A stretch of 62,890 nucleotides of DNA, filler included, from Octopus bimaculoides (GCF_001194135.2; 5 parts of 5 records of this genome joined end to end with filler, not necessarily neighbours in it); one strand, 5' to 3'. Counted from the whole stretch's first letter, positions 35,791 through 49,329 are shown. Notes: generated by a model from the letters alone, not told the origin. Numbers and translations: made by a program.

Positions 35791-35894
35791 CTATAATTCT
35801 TTTTTTTTCTGGTAGGTATATGTCAATTGCATTGACCCCAGTACACAACTGGTACTTAATTTGTCGACCCCGAAAGGATGAAAGGCAAAGTCAA

Positions 35895-36011
35895 CCTTGG
35901 CGTTCTGGGTTCAGTTCCACTGTTGTGGCACCTTGGGCAAGTGTCTTCTACTATAGCCTCGGGCTGGCCTTGTGAGTGAATACGGTAGATGGAAACTGAA
36001 AGAAGCCTGTC

Positions 36012-36082
<71 letters not shown>

Positions 36083-36325
36083 CGTGTGTGTGCGTGTGTG
36101 TGTGTGTTTGGGTGTCTGTTTTTGTCCCCTGAACCTTCGCTTGACAACCGATGCTGGTGTGTTTATGCCCCCATAAGCTAGCGGTTCGGCAAAAGAGACT
36201 GATGGAATAAGTACTAAGCTTGAAAGGAATATGTCCTGGGGCCGATTTGCTCAACTAAAGGTGGTGCTCAAGCATGGCCGCAGTCAAATGACTGAAACAA
36301 TTAAAAGAATAAAAGAATAAAGAAT
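35895..36325 (+). mobile_element. OR/OK-type SINE
   Basis: gggttcagttccactg..gcaccttgggcaagtgtcttc...gcatggccgcagtcaaatgactgaaac; tail (AAAGAAT)n. Confidence 0.88.
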
Positions 36326-37499
36326 AATGACTTAGTTTGGAAATGAATGAGTAAAAAGGCAAAGGCTATGATATGATTCTCCACAGATTGCTCTGCTAAA
36401 GGCACCAAAAGTGCCAAGAGGTGGAATTAGAGCAAGCAGCAGAAACCGAAAATGGCTGAGGAATTTTGTAATTCCAAAATTTCATAGAAACTAAACTTTG
36501 ATATTTAACAACAGAAATTGTTGTAAGAAACGGCAAGAATTGTCAGTGGCAGTTGTTTGTTTGAGATAATGTCACAAGGAAACTGCTTGATACTTAAGTA
36601 AATCCAAAATTAGTTTTGGTAGATCTACCCTGATCGGATCAAGTTGAAATTCACTCCTGATTCCTATGGTAAATCCAATGAGGTTTGGCATTCGGAATTA
36701 TTTCTTTTCAAAGTGATTGACGGAATGGAAGTAATGTTTGTGGTTAGAATCATAATACCTTGAGTCAGTCATGGTGGTTGTTGTAATTCTGTCAAAGACA
36801 CACACCCCAAATCTCTATTCTCTCTCTCTCACCCTCTCTCTCTCTTTCTCATGCACACACACACACACACACACATACATATCGGTACATGCATATAGAT
36901 ATACATATGTACATATACATATGTACACACACGTATGTATACACATACATACACATGCGTATGTACTCATACACATGTACGTACAAACACACACATGCAT
37001 GAATGTATCCATACACACACACGTATCAATAGAATATACATACTGACATGCATATACATGTACATACCCACATACATCCACACACATGTACGTACATGTA
37101 TATACACACACATATACATACACACATATGTATCAGTACATATACACACACATGTACATACATATGTACACGTTTGTATGTCNNNNNNNNNNNNNNNNNN
37201 NNNNNNNNNNNNNNNNNNNNNNNNNNNNNNNNNNNNNNNNNNNNNNNNNNNNNNNNNNNNNNNNNNNNNNNNNNNNNNNNNNNACACATGTACGTACATG
37301 TATATACACACACATATACATACACACATATGTATCAGTACATATACACACACATGTACACACACACATGCATACACTCACACATATATTGTCTTCAAAA
37401 TGACTGTCATAACAGGACAATATTTGTACATCCATTACAGATATCATACACATAAAGATATACAAACCTCTGTCTCATGTACATCATAAGATATCACAT

Positions 37500-37935
37500 A
37501 CAGGAGTGGCTGTGTGGTAAGTAGCTTGCTTACCAACCACATGGTCCTGGGTTCAGTCCCACTGCCTGGCACCTTGGGCAAGTGTCTTCTACTGAAGCCT
37601 CGGGCTGACCAAAGCCTTGCGAGTGGATTTGGTAGATGGAAACTGGAAGAAGCCCTTCGTATATGTATATATATATAAGTTTATGTATGTGTGTGTATAT
37701 GTTTGTATGTCTGTTTGTCCCCCCCAGCATCACTTGACAACTGATGCTGGTGTGTTTACGTCCTTGTAACTTAGCGGTTCAGCAAACCGCTTACAAAGAA
37801 TAAGCTCTGGGATCGATTTGTTCAACTATAAAGGCGATGCTCCAGCATGGCCACAGTCAAATGACTGAAACAAGTAGANNNNNNNNNNCATGGCCACAGT
37901 CAAATGACTGAAACAAGTAAAAGAATAAAAGAATA
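37500..37935 (+). mobile_element. OR/OK-type SINE
   Basis: caggagtggctgtgtggtaagtagcttgcttaccaaccacatgg head and standard tail. Confidence 0.88.
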
Positions 37936-37974
37936 TGGAGATTTCTATATATATCTTGCAAAAACAATTTGAAA

Positions 37975-38300
37975 AGCAAAGTCAACCTCGGCAGAATTTG
38001 AACTCAGAATGGAAACACAGCATTATGCCTGGCGTCTAACGATTCTGCTATCTCACCACCTTCATAATGATGACGATAGTAATAAAGATTTCTTTTTTTG
38101 GCACAAGGCCGGAAATTTCAGAGAAGGATGTAAGGTGATTACATCGAATCCCAGGGTTCAATTGGTGCTTATTTAATCAAATCTGAAAGGATGAATGACT
38201 AATTCAACCTCAGCAGAATTTGAACTCCAGACATAAGGATGCATGAAATGCTGTCAAACATTTTGCCCAGAGTGCTAATGATTCTGCCAGCTTGCCAGGC
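37975..38300 (-). mobile_element. two antisense MetaSINE-like copies
   Basis: aaagtcaacctcggcagaatttgaactcag at ~37977 and again at ~38205. Confidence 0.75.
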
Positions 38301-38302
38301 AC

Positions 38303-38795
38303 ATGCCAAAAAAGGTCACAGAAAATGAGAAAGCAACCATACTATGGGATATACCAATACACACAGATAGAGAAATTAAGGCCAATAGGTCAGATATAGT
38401 TGTCAGAGATCACGAAGAAAAAAAATGCTTTTTAATTGATGTATCAATACCAACAGATGACAATGATTCTCTAGAAGAAATGGAGAGACTTTCAAAATAC
38501 AAAGACCTGGAAATAGAGGTAACTCGAATGTGGAATCTAAAAGCAGAAACAATACCTATCAACTAGGTACGATAAAAAAAATATTCAAACAAATACATAA
38601 CAAAAACACCAGGACTTACAAATATATATAACATACAGAACATAGCACTACTGGGCACTGCACACATCCTACGCAAAACACTTCCAATACAGTAACCATA
38701 AGAGCATCACAGCAAACCACAGCACATACCCAAGGCACACAGAGCTGTGCTCGGTAGTGAAGTGAAAGCACCTGATAAAAATAAGACTACTGAAT
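38303..38795 (+). pseudogene. R4/Dong-like family A, complete RLE domain + 3' UTR
   Basis: ILWDIPIHTDREIKANRSDIVVRDHEEKKCFLIDVSIP...RLSKYKDLEIE; tail runs into (AAT)n. Confidence 0.92.
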
Positions 38796-38814
38796 AATAG
38801 TAGTTATAATAATA

Positions 38815-38847
<33 letters not shown>

Positions 38848-38867
38848 ATAATGATAATAATAATAAC

Positions 38868-39080
38868 TTTTACTATAGGCACAAGGCCTGAAATTTTGGG
38901 GAGGGAACTAGTTGATTACATTCATCCCAGTGTTTCACTGGCATTTATTTTATCGACCCTGAAAAGATGAGAGGCAAAGTTGACCTCGGTGGAATTTGAA
39001 CTCACAACGTAGTAATGGGCAAAATACTGCTAAGCATTTCGTCCAGTGCTTGAACAATTCTGCTACTTCACCACCTTAAA
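38868..39080 (-). mobile_element. MetaSINE-like copy
   Basis: tactataggcacaaggcctgaaatt...tatcgaccctgaaaagatgagaggcaaagttgacctcgg. Confidence 0.82.
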
Positions 39081-39119
39081 TAATAATAATGATGATGATG
39101 ATAATAGTAATAGTAATAG

Positions 39120-39283
39120 GTGCAGGAGTGGCTGTGTGGTAAGTAGCTTGCTTACCAACCACATGGTTCCGGGTTCAGTCCCACTGCGTGGCATCTTGGG
39201 CAAATGTCTTCTACTATAGCCTCGGGCCGACCAATGCCTTGTGAGTGGATTTGGTAGACGGAAACTGAAAGAAGCTCATTGTA

Positions 39284-39334
<51 letters not shown>

Positions 39335-39400
39335 TTGTGTGTCTGTGTTTGTCCCCCCAACACCGCTTGACAACCGATGGTGGTGTGTTTACATCCCCGT
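39120..39400 (+). mobile_element. OR/OK-type SINE, 3'-truncated
   Basis: gtgcaggagtggctgtgtggtaagtagcttgcttacc... Confidence 0.88.
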
Positions 39401-40061
39401 AACAGAGTAATAGTAATAATAATAATGATGATGATGATGATAATAGTAATAATTATGATGATGATAACAACAACAACATTACAGTACATGAACACTTGAT
39501 AATACTGAATTTATGTAAGACCAGAAGACATCATTAAGGTTCCTATATAAACGAAAAATATATAAGTGGATACAAAGAATCTCATTCATTCCTCTTAGAT
39601 TCCTTCCAAAATAGAAACGGGTCATGTTTATGTATAAAAAAAACAACAACAAAATAAACCCCACATAAGTAAAGAAAAGTTTAAAAAAAAAAAAGAAATT
39701 TTAAACAGTTATTCATTGACCATTTCACAATCCCACTTCTGTACGGATGCACAATATGGTCCCCAAGAAAGTGGCTTGGGTTAAATAAATATTATTTCTT
39801 TCATGAAAGCTTGTCTTATGATATAAGCTTCCATCACACGTTATTGAGACAGGGGCCCGGTAGTGGTGGTGGTGGTTGTGGTGGCGGTGGTGATGGGGGA
39901 TATGGTAAAAGTTAAACATTGTTTTAACGGAATTTATGGCATATCTATAAATGACAGAATACCGTGTTTGTAAACATTAAAGCAAATTTCAAGCAATTAG
40001 GGAGATTATTAGTAGCTATCTCATGCTGAGAGTGTGTATATGTGTATGCCTGTGTGTGTGT

Positions 40062-40114
<53 letters not shown>

Positions 40115-40285
40115 NNNNNNNNNNATATATATATATATATGTGTGTGTGTGCGTGTGTGTGTGTGTGTGTGTATATGTGATTCAGTATGTATATACAGGT
40201 GTGTATTTTTGTGTGTGTATCATATACATTATCCCATGATAGTCAAACTATACTGAAAATTAGGGGATAAATTTTGCACACAGTA

Positions 40286-40330
<45 letters not shown>

Positions 40331-40334
40331 TGAT

Positions 40335-40505
40335 AGGCATAGGAGTGGTTGTGTTGTTATGAAGCTTGCTTCCCAACTATATAGTTTCAGGTTCAGTCCC
40401 AATGCGTAGTACTTTGGGCATATGTTTCCTACCAGAGCTCCAAGTTGACCAAAGCCTTCCGAGCAGACTTGATGGACAGAAACTGAAAGAAGCCTGTCGT
40501 ATACA
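40335..40505 (+). mobile_element. OR/OK-type SINE 5' half
   Basis: taggagtggttgtg..gaagcttgcttcccaac...gaaactgaaagaagcctgtcg. Confidence 0.8.
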
Positions 40506-40528
40506 TATATAGGTGAACACTGAGCTGC

Positions 40529-40577
40529 CATAACTGATGAGGCAACGGAAATTGTTGAAACTGATGTCAGTCTTAAG
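40529..40577 (+). ncRNA. degenerate type I hammerhead-like motif
   Basis: cataa CTGATGA ggcaac-ggaa-attgtt GAAA ctgatgtcag TC ttaag. Confidence 0.5.
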
Positions 40578-40984
40578 AATTCTTGGTCGGCATTTTTCGG
40601 ACAATTATGTCCCTGCTAGTGTATATGATTTCATCCATGTGCATTAACTACAACACGAGAGTATTTTAGCTCTTATTTCTAGCAATGTAGGTGTTTTTTT
40701 AACACCCGAGTCACATTTAATGACAATTATAATTCTTCTTTTTGGTGAAGCATTGCAAACTGCTGTTTAATTTTATATATATATGTGTGTGTAACTGAAT
40801 GTTTACAGGCTGATGTTTGTCGACTGTTTATCCTCTCCATTTTCTTATTTGCCTTATAAATCCTGGGTAAATTTCTGTTTTACCCCCACTCATACCTAGT
40901 GTTCAATTGCAATACTGCCCTGCAATAGTTAGCACTTTGATATAAATATGTAGGTATACATCCAGTAGTGAACCATATTTGATG

Positions 40985-41440
40985 ACCTGTGCCAGTGGAG
41001 CACTAACAGCACCGTCTGAGCGTGATCATTGCTAGAGCAGCTGTCTGGCTTTCATGCTAGTGGCCAGTATATAGCACCATTTGAGTGTGATCGTTACTAG
41101 TGTTGCCATACTGGCACTTGTGCTGGTGGTACATTAGAAAATCATTCGGGCAAGGTCGAGCGAGGTCGTTACCAGTGCCGCTGGACTGGCTCCTGTGCAG
41201 GTGGCACATACAAAACACCATTTTTGAGCGTGGCCATTGCCAGTACCGCCTGACTGGCCTTCGTGCCGGTGGCGCATAAAAGCACCCACTACACTCTCAG
41301 AATGGTTGGCGATAGGAAGGGCATCCAGCTGTAGAAACTCTGCCAAATCAGATTGGAGCCTGGTGCAGCCATCCGGTTCACCAGTCCTCAGTCAAATCGT
41401 CCAACCCATGCTAGCATGGAAAACAGACGTTAAATGACGA

Positions 41441-41445
<5 letters not shown>
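40985..41445 (+). mobile_element. (GAT)n-tailed SINE-like repeat with internal tandem units
   Basis: matches 595-1077. Confidence 0.85.
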
Positions 41446-41478
<33 letters not shown>

Positions 41479-41566
41479 GAGAATATACAAATAATAACAA
41501 CAGACGAGGACAGGTGGTGTAAATAACAAAAGGATGTATTAGTATGACGCTCGGGAATACGGAAAG

Positions 41567-41603
41567 TCTTTGACGTTTCGAGCTACGCTCTTCAACAGAA
41601 AGA
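41567..41603 (-). ncRNA. hammerhead-like fold with non-canonical CUGUUGA core
   Basis: minus: tcttt CTGTTGA a gagc-gta-gctc GAAA cg TC aaaga; lies in a CpG-rich repeat at ~41475-41670. Confidence 0.55.
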
Positions 41604-42115
41604 ATACGGAGACAAGGAGAAAAACACGGAGAAAAAAAAATTGAATAGTGTTCAGTCAACGGTCAATCATAATATATATATATATATACGTACACACGCA
41701 CATGCACACACACCAAAAAATTTAGGAAACCAGACTCCTGATCATAAAGCTTGAGTAAGACCTTTCATCCAATTTTTTTTTAATATTTAGAATAGAAAAA
41801 CTTGAAAAATCTTTGATGCAGTATTGTATGATTTTAAAAGAATGACTTATTTTTCCATTTCAGTGGATAAATCATTAAAGTGGAAAATAATCATGGAAAA
41901 AGTCATTCTTTTTCACTTTTTCAAACACAAACACACACACAAACAAATACACACCTACATAATGCCTTATATAGATACATACATATATATATTATTATCA
42001 AGCAAGTAAACAAAGGTTGAAGTCACAAGTCAAGATGATCTTCACAATGTATTTGAGTCTCAGTACTGAATCACCCTCCATCAGAAAATGCTCACATATT
42101 AATCTGAAAAGCATT

Positions 42116-42839
42116 TTAACCCTTTTGTTACCATATTTCTGTTGAGATGCTCTGTGTTTCTTTCAATTAATTTTAAATATTACAAAGAATTTAGTAAAAT
42201 AACTTAGTTATCATTAAGCTAGTGTTAGGAACATAAATTATGACTAAAGTGTGGTGGAATATTTTAATTCAGAACTTATGAAAACAAGACATTTATACTA
42301 CAGATCCAGAGGTGATTTCAACCAGGTTGGTATCGAAAGGGTTAAAAATATCATGGTGACTTTAACTTTTTTGTTACCATATTTCTCTTGAGATGCTCTG
42401 TATTTCTTTCAATTTATTTTAAATATAACAAAGAATTTAATAAAATAACTTAGTTATCATTAAGCTAGTGTTAGGAACATAAATTGTGACTAAGGTTTGG
42501 TGGAATATTTTAATTCAGAACTTTTGAAAACAAGACATTTATACTACAGATCCAGAGGTGGTTTCAGCCGGTTTGGAATCGAAAGAGTTTAAGATATCAT
42601 GGTGACTTTAACCCTTTTGTTATCATATTTCTCTTGAGATGCTCTGTGTTTCTTTCAATTAATTTTAAATATTTTAAAAGAATTTAGTAAAATAACTTAG
42701 TTATCATTCAGCTAGTGTTAGGAACATAAATTTGTAACTAAGGTTTGGTGGAATATTTTAATTCAAAACTTATGAAAACAAGACATTTGTACAAAAGAGC
42801 CAGAGTTGGTTTCAGCTGGGTTGGTATCAAAAGGGTTAA
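42116..42839. mobile_element. head-to-tail trimer of piggyBac-like MITE family 2 with conserved spacers
   Basis: units 42120-42341, 42366-42587, 42612-42835; junctions TTAA-aaatatcatggtgact-TTAA and TTAA-gatatcatggtgact-TTAA; outer TTAA at both ends. Confidence 0.92.
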
Positions 42840-43629
42840 ACATATAAGTGTGTGTGTGTATGCATGTGTGTGTGTGTGTGTGTGTGGCATAAACAATGGG
42901 CTTTAGATATTTCTTTATTTGTGCATTTCTGACTTACAGCTGTTTCTGATATATTTTTAGGTGCATTCATTGTTCTGATTGCTCAATGTGTGTATATTGA
43001 TCAACTGAAAAATTAAATGGCCTGAACAAATGCCATCATTGTCAGAGCCCACGCACACACACACACACACACACAGTGGAGCATCACTGACCCAGTCATT
43101 GATGTTCAATAAAGAACTTTTGATAGCTCATAATAATTATGATGATGATGACGATGATAATGATGATGGTGATGATGCATTATTATTATTATGAAATAAA
43201 AACATAAATAGTAAATCTAACAATGGTGTGTGTGTTTTTAATAGTGATATACTGACTCTGCCACTTGTTTGAGACTTCTCACACACACACACACACACAC
43301 ACACACTTTCACAACTAATCACTCGCCAAACAACTGCTGCGTCTTATGAATGCTTCCCCCCCCCTTTCTGTTGTTTGGTTTCTGCTTTACTCACATTTCG
43401 ATTTTTGTTTTCTCCCAATATTTACAATGGAATTAAATGTTGAAAGAAAAAAAGGAGATGAAAAACACACCATGTCTGTTTGATTAAACACAGATCATTT
43501 CTAGCAGTCCATTTGCATGATAAACAAAAACAAACACACAAAAAAAGAAAACAAAAACAAAAAAAAAAAAGGAAAACAAACGTTGTTGGTTTTGAAAGCA
43601 AAATAAACCTTATGTGAGAGTGAACCACA

Positions 43630-43780
43630 TTTGTGGCTGTTTGGTTAAGAACTTTGCTTCAAGCCATGTGGCTTAGGGTTCACACTCACTGTGCAGAACC
43701 TTGGCCAAGTGTCTACGACGATAGCCCTGGGCTGACCAAAACCTTCTGAGTGGATTTAGGATATGGAAACCCAAAACAGT
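43630..43780 (+). mobile_element. OR/OK-type SINE 5' half
   Basis: gaactttgcttc..gccatgtgg...accttggccaagtgtct...gtggattt. Confidence 0.7.
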
Positions 43781-43938
43781 CCCTGTCATCAAACATAAAA
43801 ACTAATAAATGACACTTCACTTTGTCTTTCTACTGTTACTTCCATAGTTCTTTGGGACACACACGTGTGTATGTTTGCTTATTATATCAAAAGTTTGCCC
43901 CAGCCTGGCGTGTTCACAATTCTTATATTATGATTTTG

Positions 43939-43996
<58 letters not shown>

Positions 43997-44069
43997 ATAT
44001 AAATAATATATATATATATGCATATTTATATACATGTACATACATATATATGTATATACACATGCATAC

Positions 44070-44448
44070 TTGTACCAGTGGAGCACTAAGAGCACTGTCC
44101 GAGTGTGATCATTGCCAGAGCAGCTGTCTGGCTTCCGTGCTGGTGGCATGTAAATAGCACCATTTGAGTGTGATTGTTACCAGCGTTGCCTTACTGGACT
44201 GGCTGCTGTGCAGTTGGCATGTAAAAAACACCATTTTTAGCGTTGCCATTGCCAGTACTGCCTGATTGGCCCTTGTGCCGGTGGCACGTAAAAAGCACCC
44301 ACTACACTCTCGGAGTGGTTGGCATTAGGAAGGGCATCCAGCTGTTGAAACTCTGCCAGATCAGATTGGAGTCTGGTGTAGCCATCTGGTTCACCAGTCC
44401 TCAGTCAAATCGTCCAACCCATGCTAGCATGGAAATCGGACGTTAAAC

Positions 44449-44452
<4 letters not shown>
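44070..44452 (+). mobile_element. (GAT)n-tailed SINE-like repeat
   Basis: matches 595-1077 and 40985-41445. Confidence 0.85.
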
Positions 44453-44494
<42 letters not shown>

Positions 44495-44500
<6 letters not shown>

Positions 44501-44770
44501 GTACAGGACATCAAAAACATAAACAACATGAAAAACAAGAACACGAAATACAAAAACATGAAAAACGAACTTTCTTTGCAAACAATGAAAGAAACAAATA
44601 GAAAAACAAGACAAGCAACATAAAGAACAATCCCTTCATCAGTTGTCCACTGTTTTGTCTACTCCACATTTCAAGCATTAGGACAGGATGCATCTTCATC
44701 AAAACAGTTACTCCCGCAAAGCAAATTAAATAAAATCTGGGATTTGCGGAGGCTCAAAGTTGGTATGTAT
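44495..44770. repeat. interspersed repeat related to 31595-31870
   Basis: shared start and shared ccttcatcagttgtc core. Confidence 0.6.
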
Positions 44771-45304
44771 ATAAGAGTGTATAAAGATTTATACACAGAG
44801 AGAAGACCTTTCACAGGACTTCTTATATGCTAAAAAGAGCAGTTAAACTCAAACCACGAAAAAATAATTCTTACGGCATGCTGTTAATGGCACTCTTATA
44901 TACAAAAATATTTTATGTCTTTTGACTTTTACTATACATGCAAACCACTGGTAATGGATTATTTTGATTTTTTGCCCTCGTAATTTACACAGCATATTTA
45001 TAATACATGTTTATGGATTTGTTTTGTAAGATTCCTGAAGTGAAACCGTGTGTGGAAACAGATATTGTTATATTTTGGGATGGTCATCTTTTTTTTATGC
45101 ACTGTATATTTGTTCCTCACTTCAGATTTATTTCTGTTCTTATTTTATGTCCATTGTCGCAAAGTCTTATGTTACACCTCCTGTGACCTCTTCAGCAACT
45201 CTCTATCCTACGTGTGTCTTCTTGTTCTGTTTAGTCCATTAAGAATGGAGATACATGGGGTACACACACACACACCATTGCCTTATCATGATATGATGCC
45301 CTAA

Positions 45305-46380
45305 AGGTGAGATGAAAGAGGGCTAATACAAAAAAAAGATGAAAGAATAAGATGAGATAGAGTTGTTGAAATGAAAAGAAAGAGCAAGGAAGATGAGATG
45401 AAATGCATGAAATGAAAGGAAGATGAGATGAGAAAATGATGGAATGAAAGAAATATGATGTTAGAAAGATAAGACCAAAGATGGGAAAGAGGATAAAATA
45501 AGATTTTAAAATGCTGAGATGAAAGAAAGATCAGATGATAAAACATAAGGAGAAAGGAAAGTGAGAAGAAATAATGCTGAGATGAAAGGATGAAATGAAA
45601 GATTAGATGAAAGAAAGATAATTGGAAAGGCAGATAAGATGACTGAATGATAAGATGAAAGAATCATAAGAGAATAAAGAAGAGAAACAATGAACAGATG
45701 AAAAAAAATGGATGAAAGAAAGATAAGGGGGGTTAAGATGAAAGGATGAAATGAAAGAGAAAAGAATATGAAGAAAGATAAGAGGAAAAAATTATAAGAT
45801 GAAAGATGAAGATCAAATGACAGAAAAATAAGGTAAAAGAAAATGAAAGAAAAGATGAAAGTGAGATGAAAGGATGATAAGATAAAAGATGAAAGACTAA
45901 ACAAAAGAGGGATAAGGGGAAAGAATAAGCACAATGAAAAATGAGGAGAGATAAGATGAAATGATGAAGTGAATGAAAGACAAGATGAAAGAAAAATAAA
46001 AAGAAAGATCTGAGGAAGAAAGATCAGGTGAAAGAAATATAAGATGAATGCAAAGCAATATTATATTAGGATAAGATGAAGTTAGAATGAAAAGAAGATG
46101 AGTTTAAAGAGAATCTTAAATATCAATAAGAAAAAATAGAATGGTTAAAAAAAAAAATAGAAAAGAAAATTTAAATGAAACTGAATGAAACAATAAATAA
46201 CTGAATGAAAAAAGAATGATGGAATTGCAAAAATGGTAAAGAAGAATCAAAATAAAGGGTGAAAAAAAATTAATGAATAAATATAGTGAAAAAAAGTAAA
46301 AAGAGAATAATTATAATAAAGTAGAAAAGATTGAAGAATGAAAATTACAATGAAATATAATAGGGAAAGATATAAAAAAA
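45305..46380. repeat. ~1-kb degenerate purine-rich tract (gatgaaa/aagat units)
   Basis: plus strand almost devoid of C. Confidence 0.85.
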
Positions 46381-46752
46381 NNNNNNNNNNNNNNNNNNNN
46401 NNNNNNNNNNNNNNNNNNNNNNNNNNNNNNNNNNNNNNNNNNNNNNNNNNNNNNNNNNNNNNNNNNNNNNNNNNNNNNNNNNNNNNNNNNNNNNNNNNNN
46501 NNNNNNNNNNNNNNNNNNNNNNNNNNNNNNNNNNNNNNNNNNNNNNNNNNNNNNNNNNNNNNNNNNNNNNNNNNNNNNNNNNNNNNNNNNNNNNNNNNNN
46601 NNNNNNNNNNNNNNNNNNNNNNNNNNNNNNNNNNNNNNNNNNNNNNNNNNNNNNNNNNNNNNNNNNNNNNNNNNNNNNNTTTTGAAATTCAGCAGAAAAT
46701 TGATACAAAAGAAAAACAAAATTGAATAAATATAACAAAAAGACTGTGTATC

Positions 46753-46786
<34 letters not shown>

Positions 46787-46846
46787 CATTCACACACATA
46801 GACATATGTACCTATGATACATGTACATATGTATGTATATGTGTGA

Positions 46847-46886
<40 letters not shown>

Positions 46887-47599
46887 AAGAATGAAAGCAA
46901 TTATCTTAATCACTTGCATCTCAACACACACACATATGCACAGATATACCGTACATGCACACACACAAATATACCAGTATATATGCATAAGTTTGTACAC
47001 ATACACACTCACACATATGAATATATATATATATATATATTAACATCATTTTACATCCACTGTAGCTATCTATATATCTATATCTATCCCCATATCTACC
47101 TACATATATAAACAAGTTGACAGCGACTAAGTATAACCATTGCAGCTTCTTCAACTTGTGTTTGTGTATATACACATATATACACGCACACATACATACA
47201 TATATATATATATATGTTACGCATACATAAAGACAAAACCAAAGCATGTATTCTACATAATCTAATCAACCAAAACTACATTTATAAAAAAATATATAGA
47301 TATATAAAACTGTATGTATAAACTGTATAAAACTGGGTGTATATATAATGTATAAAAGTCAATATTTAAAGAGGAAAGTTAAACATTAAAATATATTTTG
47401 GTGGGTGTGCAGACAGCCTTGAATTATTGGAAGATGGAGGGACTGGGAATTGAACTAACAACCACCACCACCACTTTGATGGTTGCTACTACTACTACTA
47501 TCACCACCACCACTATGATGGCTGCTGCTACTACTACCACCACCAAACTATCACTACAATCACCATTGCTAATATTACCACTACCATTTCAACTTTGAT

Positions 47600-48046
47600 T
47601 CTTCACTTTCAGTACTAACCCTAACTTCCCCCAGCACCACCATACAACTACCACCAATACTATTATACACACTACCACCACTAATACCACAACATTATTG
47701 TCACCATCAACATCACCACAGTGGTTATTCCAACACTTCTACTATCAGTGTACTACGACCACAACCAATACTTTTTGATGGAAACAACCACTACCACCAC
47801 TAACTGTACTACTACTACTACTACTACCACCACCATTACTACTACTACTACTACCACCACCACAACCACTACCACCACCATTACTACTACTATTACTACT
47901 ACTACCACCACCACCACCATTACTACTACTATTACTACTACTACTACTACCACCACCATTACTACTACTACTACCACCACCACAACCACTACCACCACCA
48001 TTACTACTACTATTACTATTACTACTACTACCACCACCACCACCAT

Positions 48047-48082
<36 letters not shown>

Positions 48083-48159
48083 CACCACCATTACTACTAC
48101 TACTACTACTACTACTACAACCACCACTATTACTACTACTACTACTACCNNNNNNNNNN

Positions 48160-48195
<36 letters not shown>

Positions 48196-48665
48196 CACCA
48201 CCATTACTACTACTACTACTACTACTACTACAACCACCACTATTACTACTACTACTACTACCACCACCGCCACTACCACCACCACCTCTATTACCATTAC
48301 TACTATTACCACAACCATCACTGACATTACATCACTATATCCCATCACCTCATACTAACATATTTAATATGACACTACTTCCAACTATCACCACTACGAC
48401 GACAATATTATCTTCACTCTTCTGCCACTACTACTCACCACTACCACCGCCACCGCCACCACCACAACAACGACTGTACCCCCACCTTGCTGCCATCCCC
48501 ATCACACTACAGTGATACCCTGCTCTACCACCACTACTACTACGGCAGTACCTCCACCCTGCCACCCCTCATCAACCATACTACAACGTTACTCCACCAC
48601 CCACCATCTCCATCACCACAACAACAGTACTCCCCACCCCCACCCTGTTACGATAGTACCCCACC
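47600..48665. repeat. compound (ACT/ACC/ATT)n trinucleotide array
   Basis: direct reading; recurring block accaccacaaccactaccaccaccattact. Confidence 0.9.
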
Positions 48666-49329
48666 NNNNNNNNNNNNNNNNNNNNNNNNNNNNNNNNNNN
48701 NNNNNNNNNNNNNNNNNNNNNNNNNNNNNNNNNNNNNNNNNNNNNNNNNNNNNNNNNNNNNNNNNNNNNNNNNNNNNNNNNNNNNNNNNNNNNNNNNNNN
48801 NNNNNNNNNNNNNNNNNNNNNNNNNNNNNNNNNNNNNNNNNNNNNNNNNACTATTTATTATTTATTTATTTGCCCTGTTTCTGCCTTTTTTGTTTTTTTA
48901 AAAAATCAATTTGAATTAAAGATGACAACAGTGGGAACTGTTAACATTGTTTAGTGGAGTCAAACATTAGTAAACAACAACTACTACTACTACTACTACT
49001 ACTGCGCCTACTACTACTACTACTACTACTACTATTACTACTACTACTACTACTGCTACTACTACTACTACTACCACTGCTTCTACTATTACTACTACTA
49101 CTACTGCTCCTACTATTGCTACTACTACTACTACTGCTCCTCCTCCTCCTCCTCCTCCTCCTACTACTACTGCTGCTGCTGCTGCTCCTACTACTACTAC
49201 TACTACTACTACTATTTACAAGAGTAATGGCATCATCATCATTATCACCATGATAGACATCAACTGCAGCAGCCATTACCACCACCACCACCACCATCAC
49301 CATCATCATCATCATATGCAATAATAACA

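Noticed and set aside
40809-40866. Exon phase-compatible with the 33439-33467 candidate
   Set aside because: Weak acceptor, and the two lie across an artificial linker; a one-in-three phase match is not evidence
42116-42839. CRISPR-like repeat-spacer array
   Set aside because: Eukaryotic DNA; repeats are ~222-bp MITEs and the spacers are near-identical; no cas genes
42930-43020. GPCR TM2-like peptide AVSDIFLGAFIVLIAQ
   Set aside because: Only about 25 codons, no credible donor, no other GPCR motifs nearby
47721-48515. 264-aa mucin-like poly-Thr ORF
   Set aside because: Pure ACT/ACC microsatellite crossing an N gap; no signal peptide or splice support
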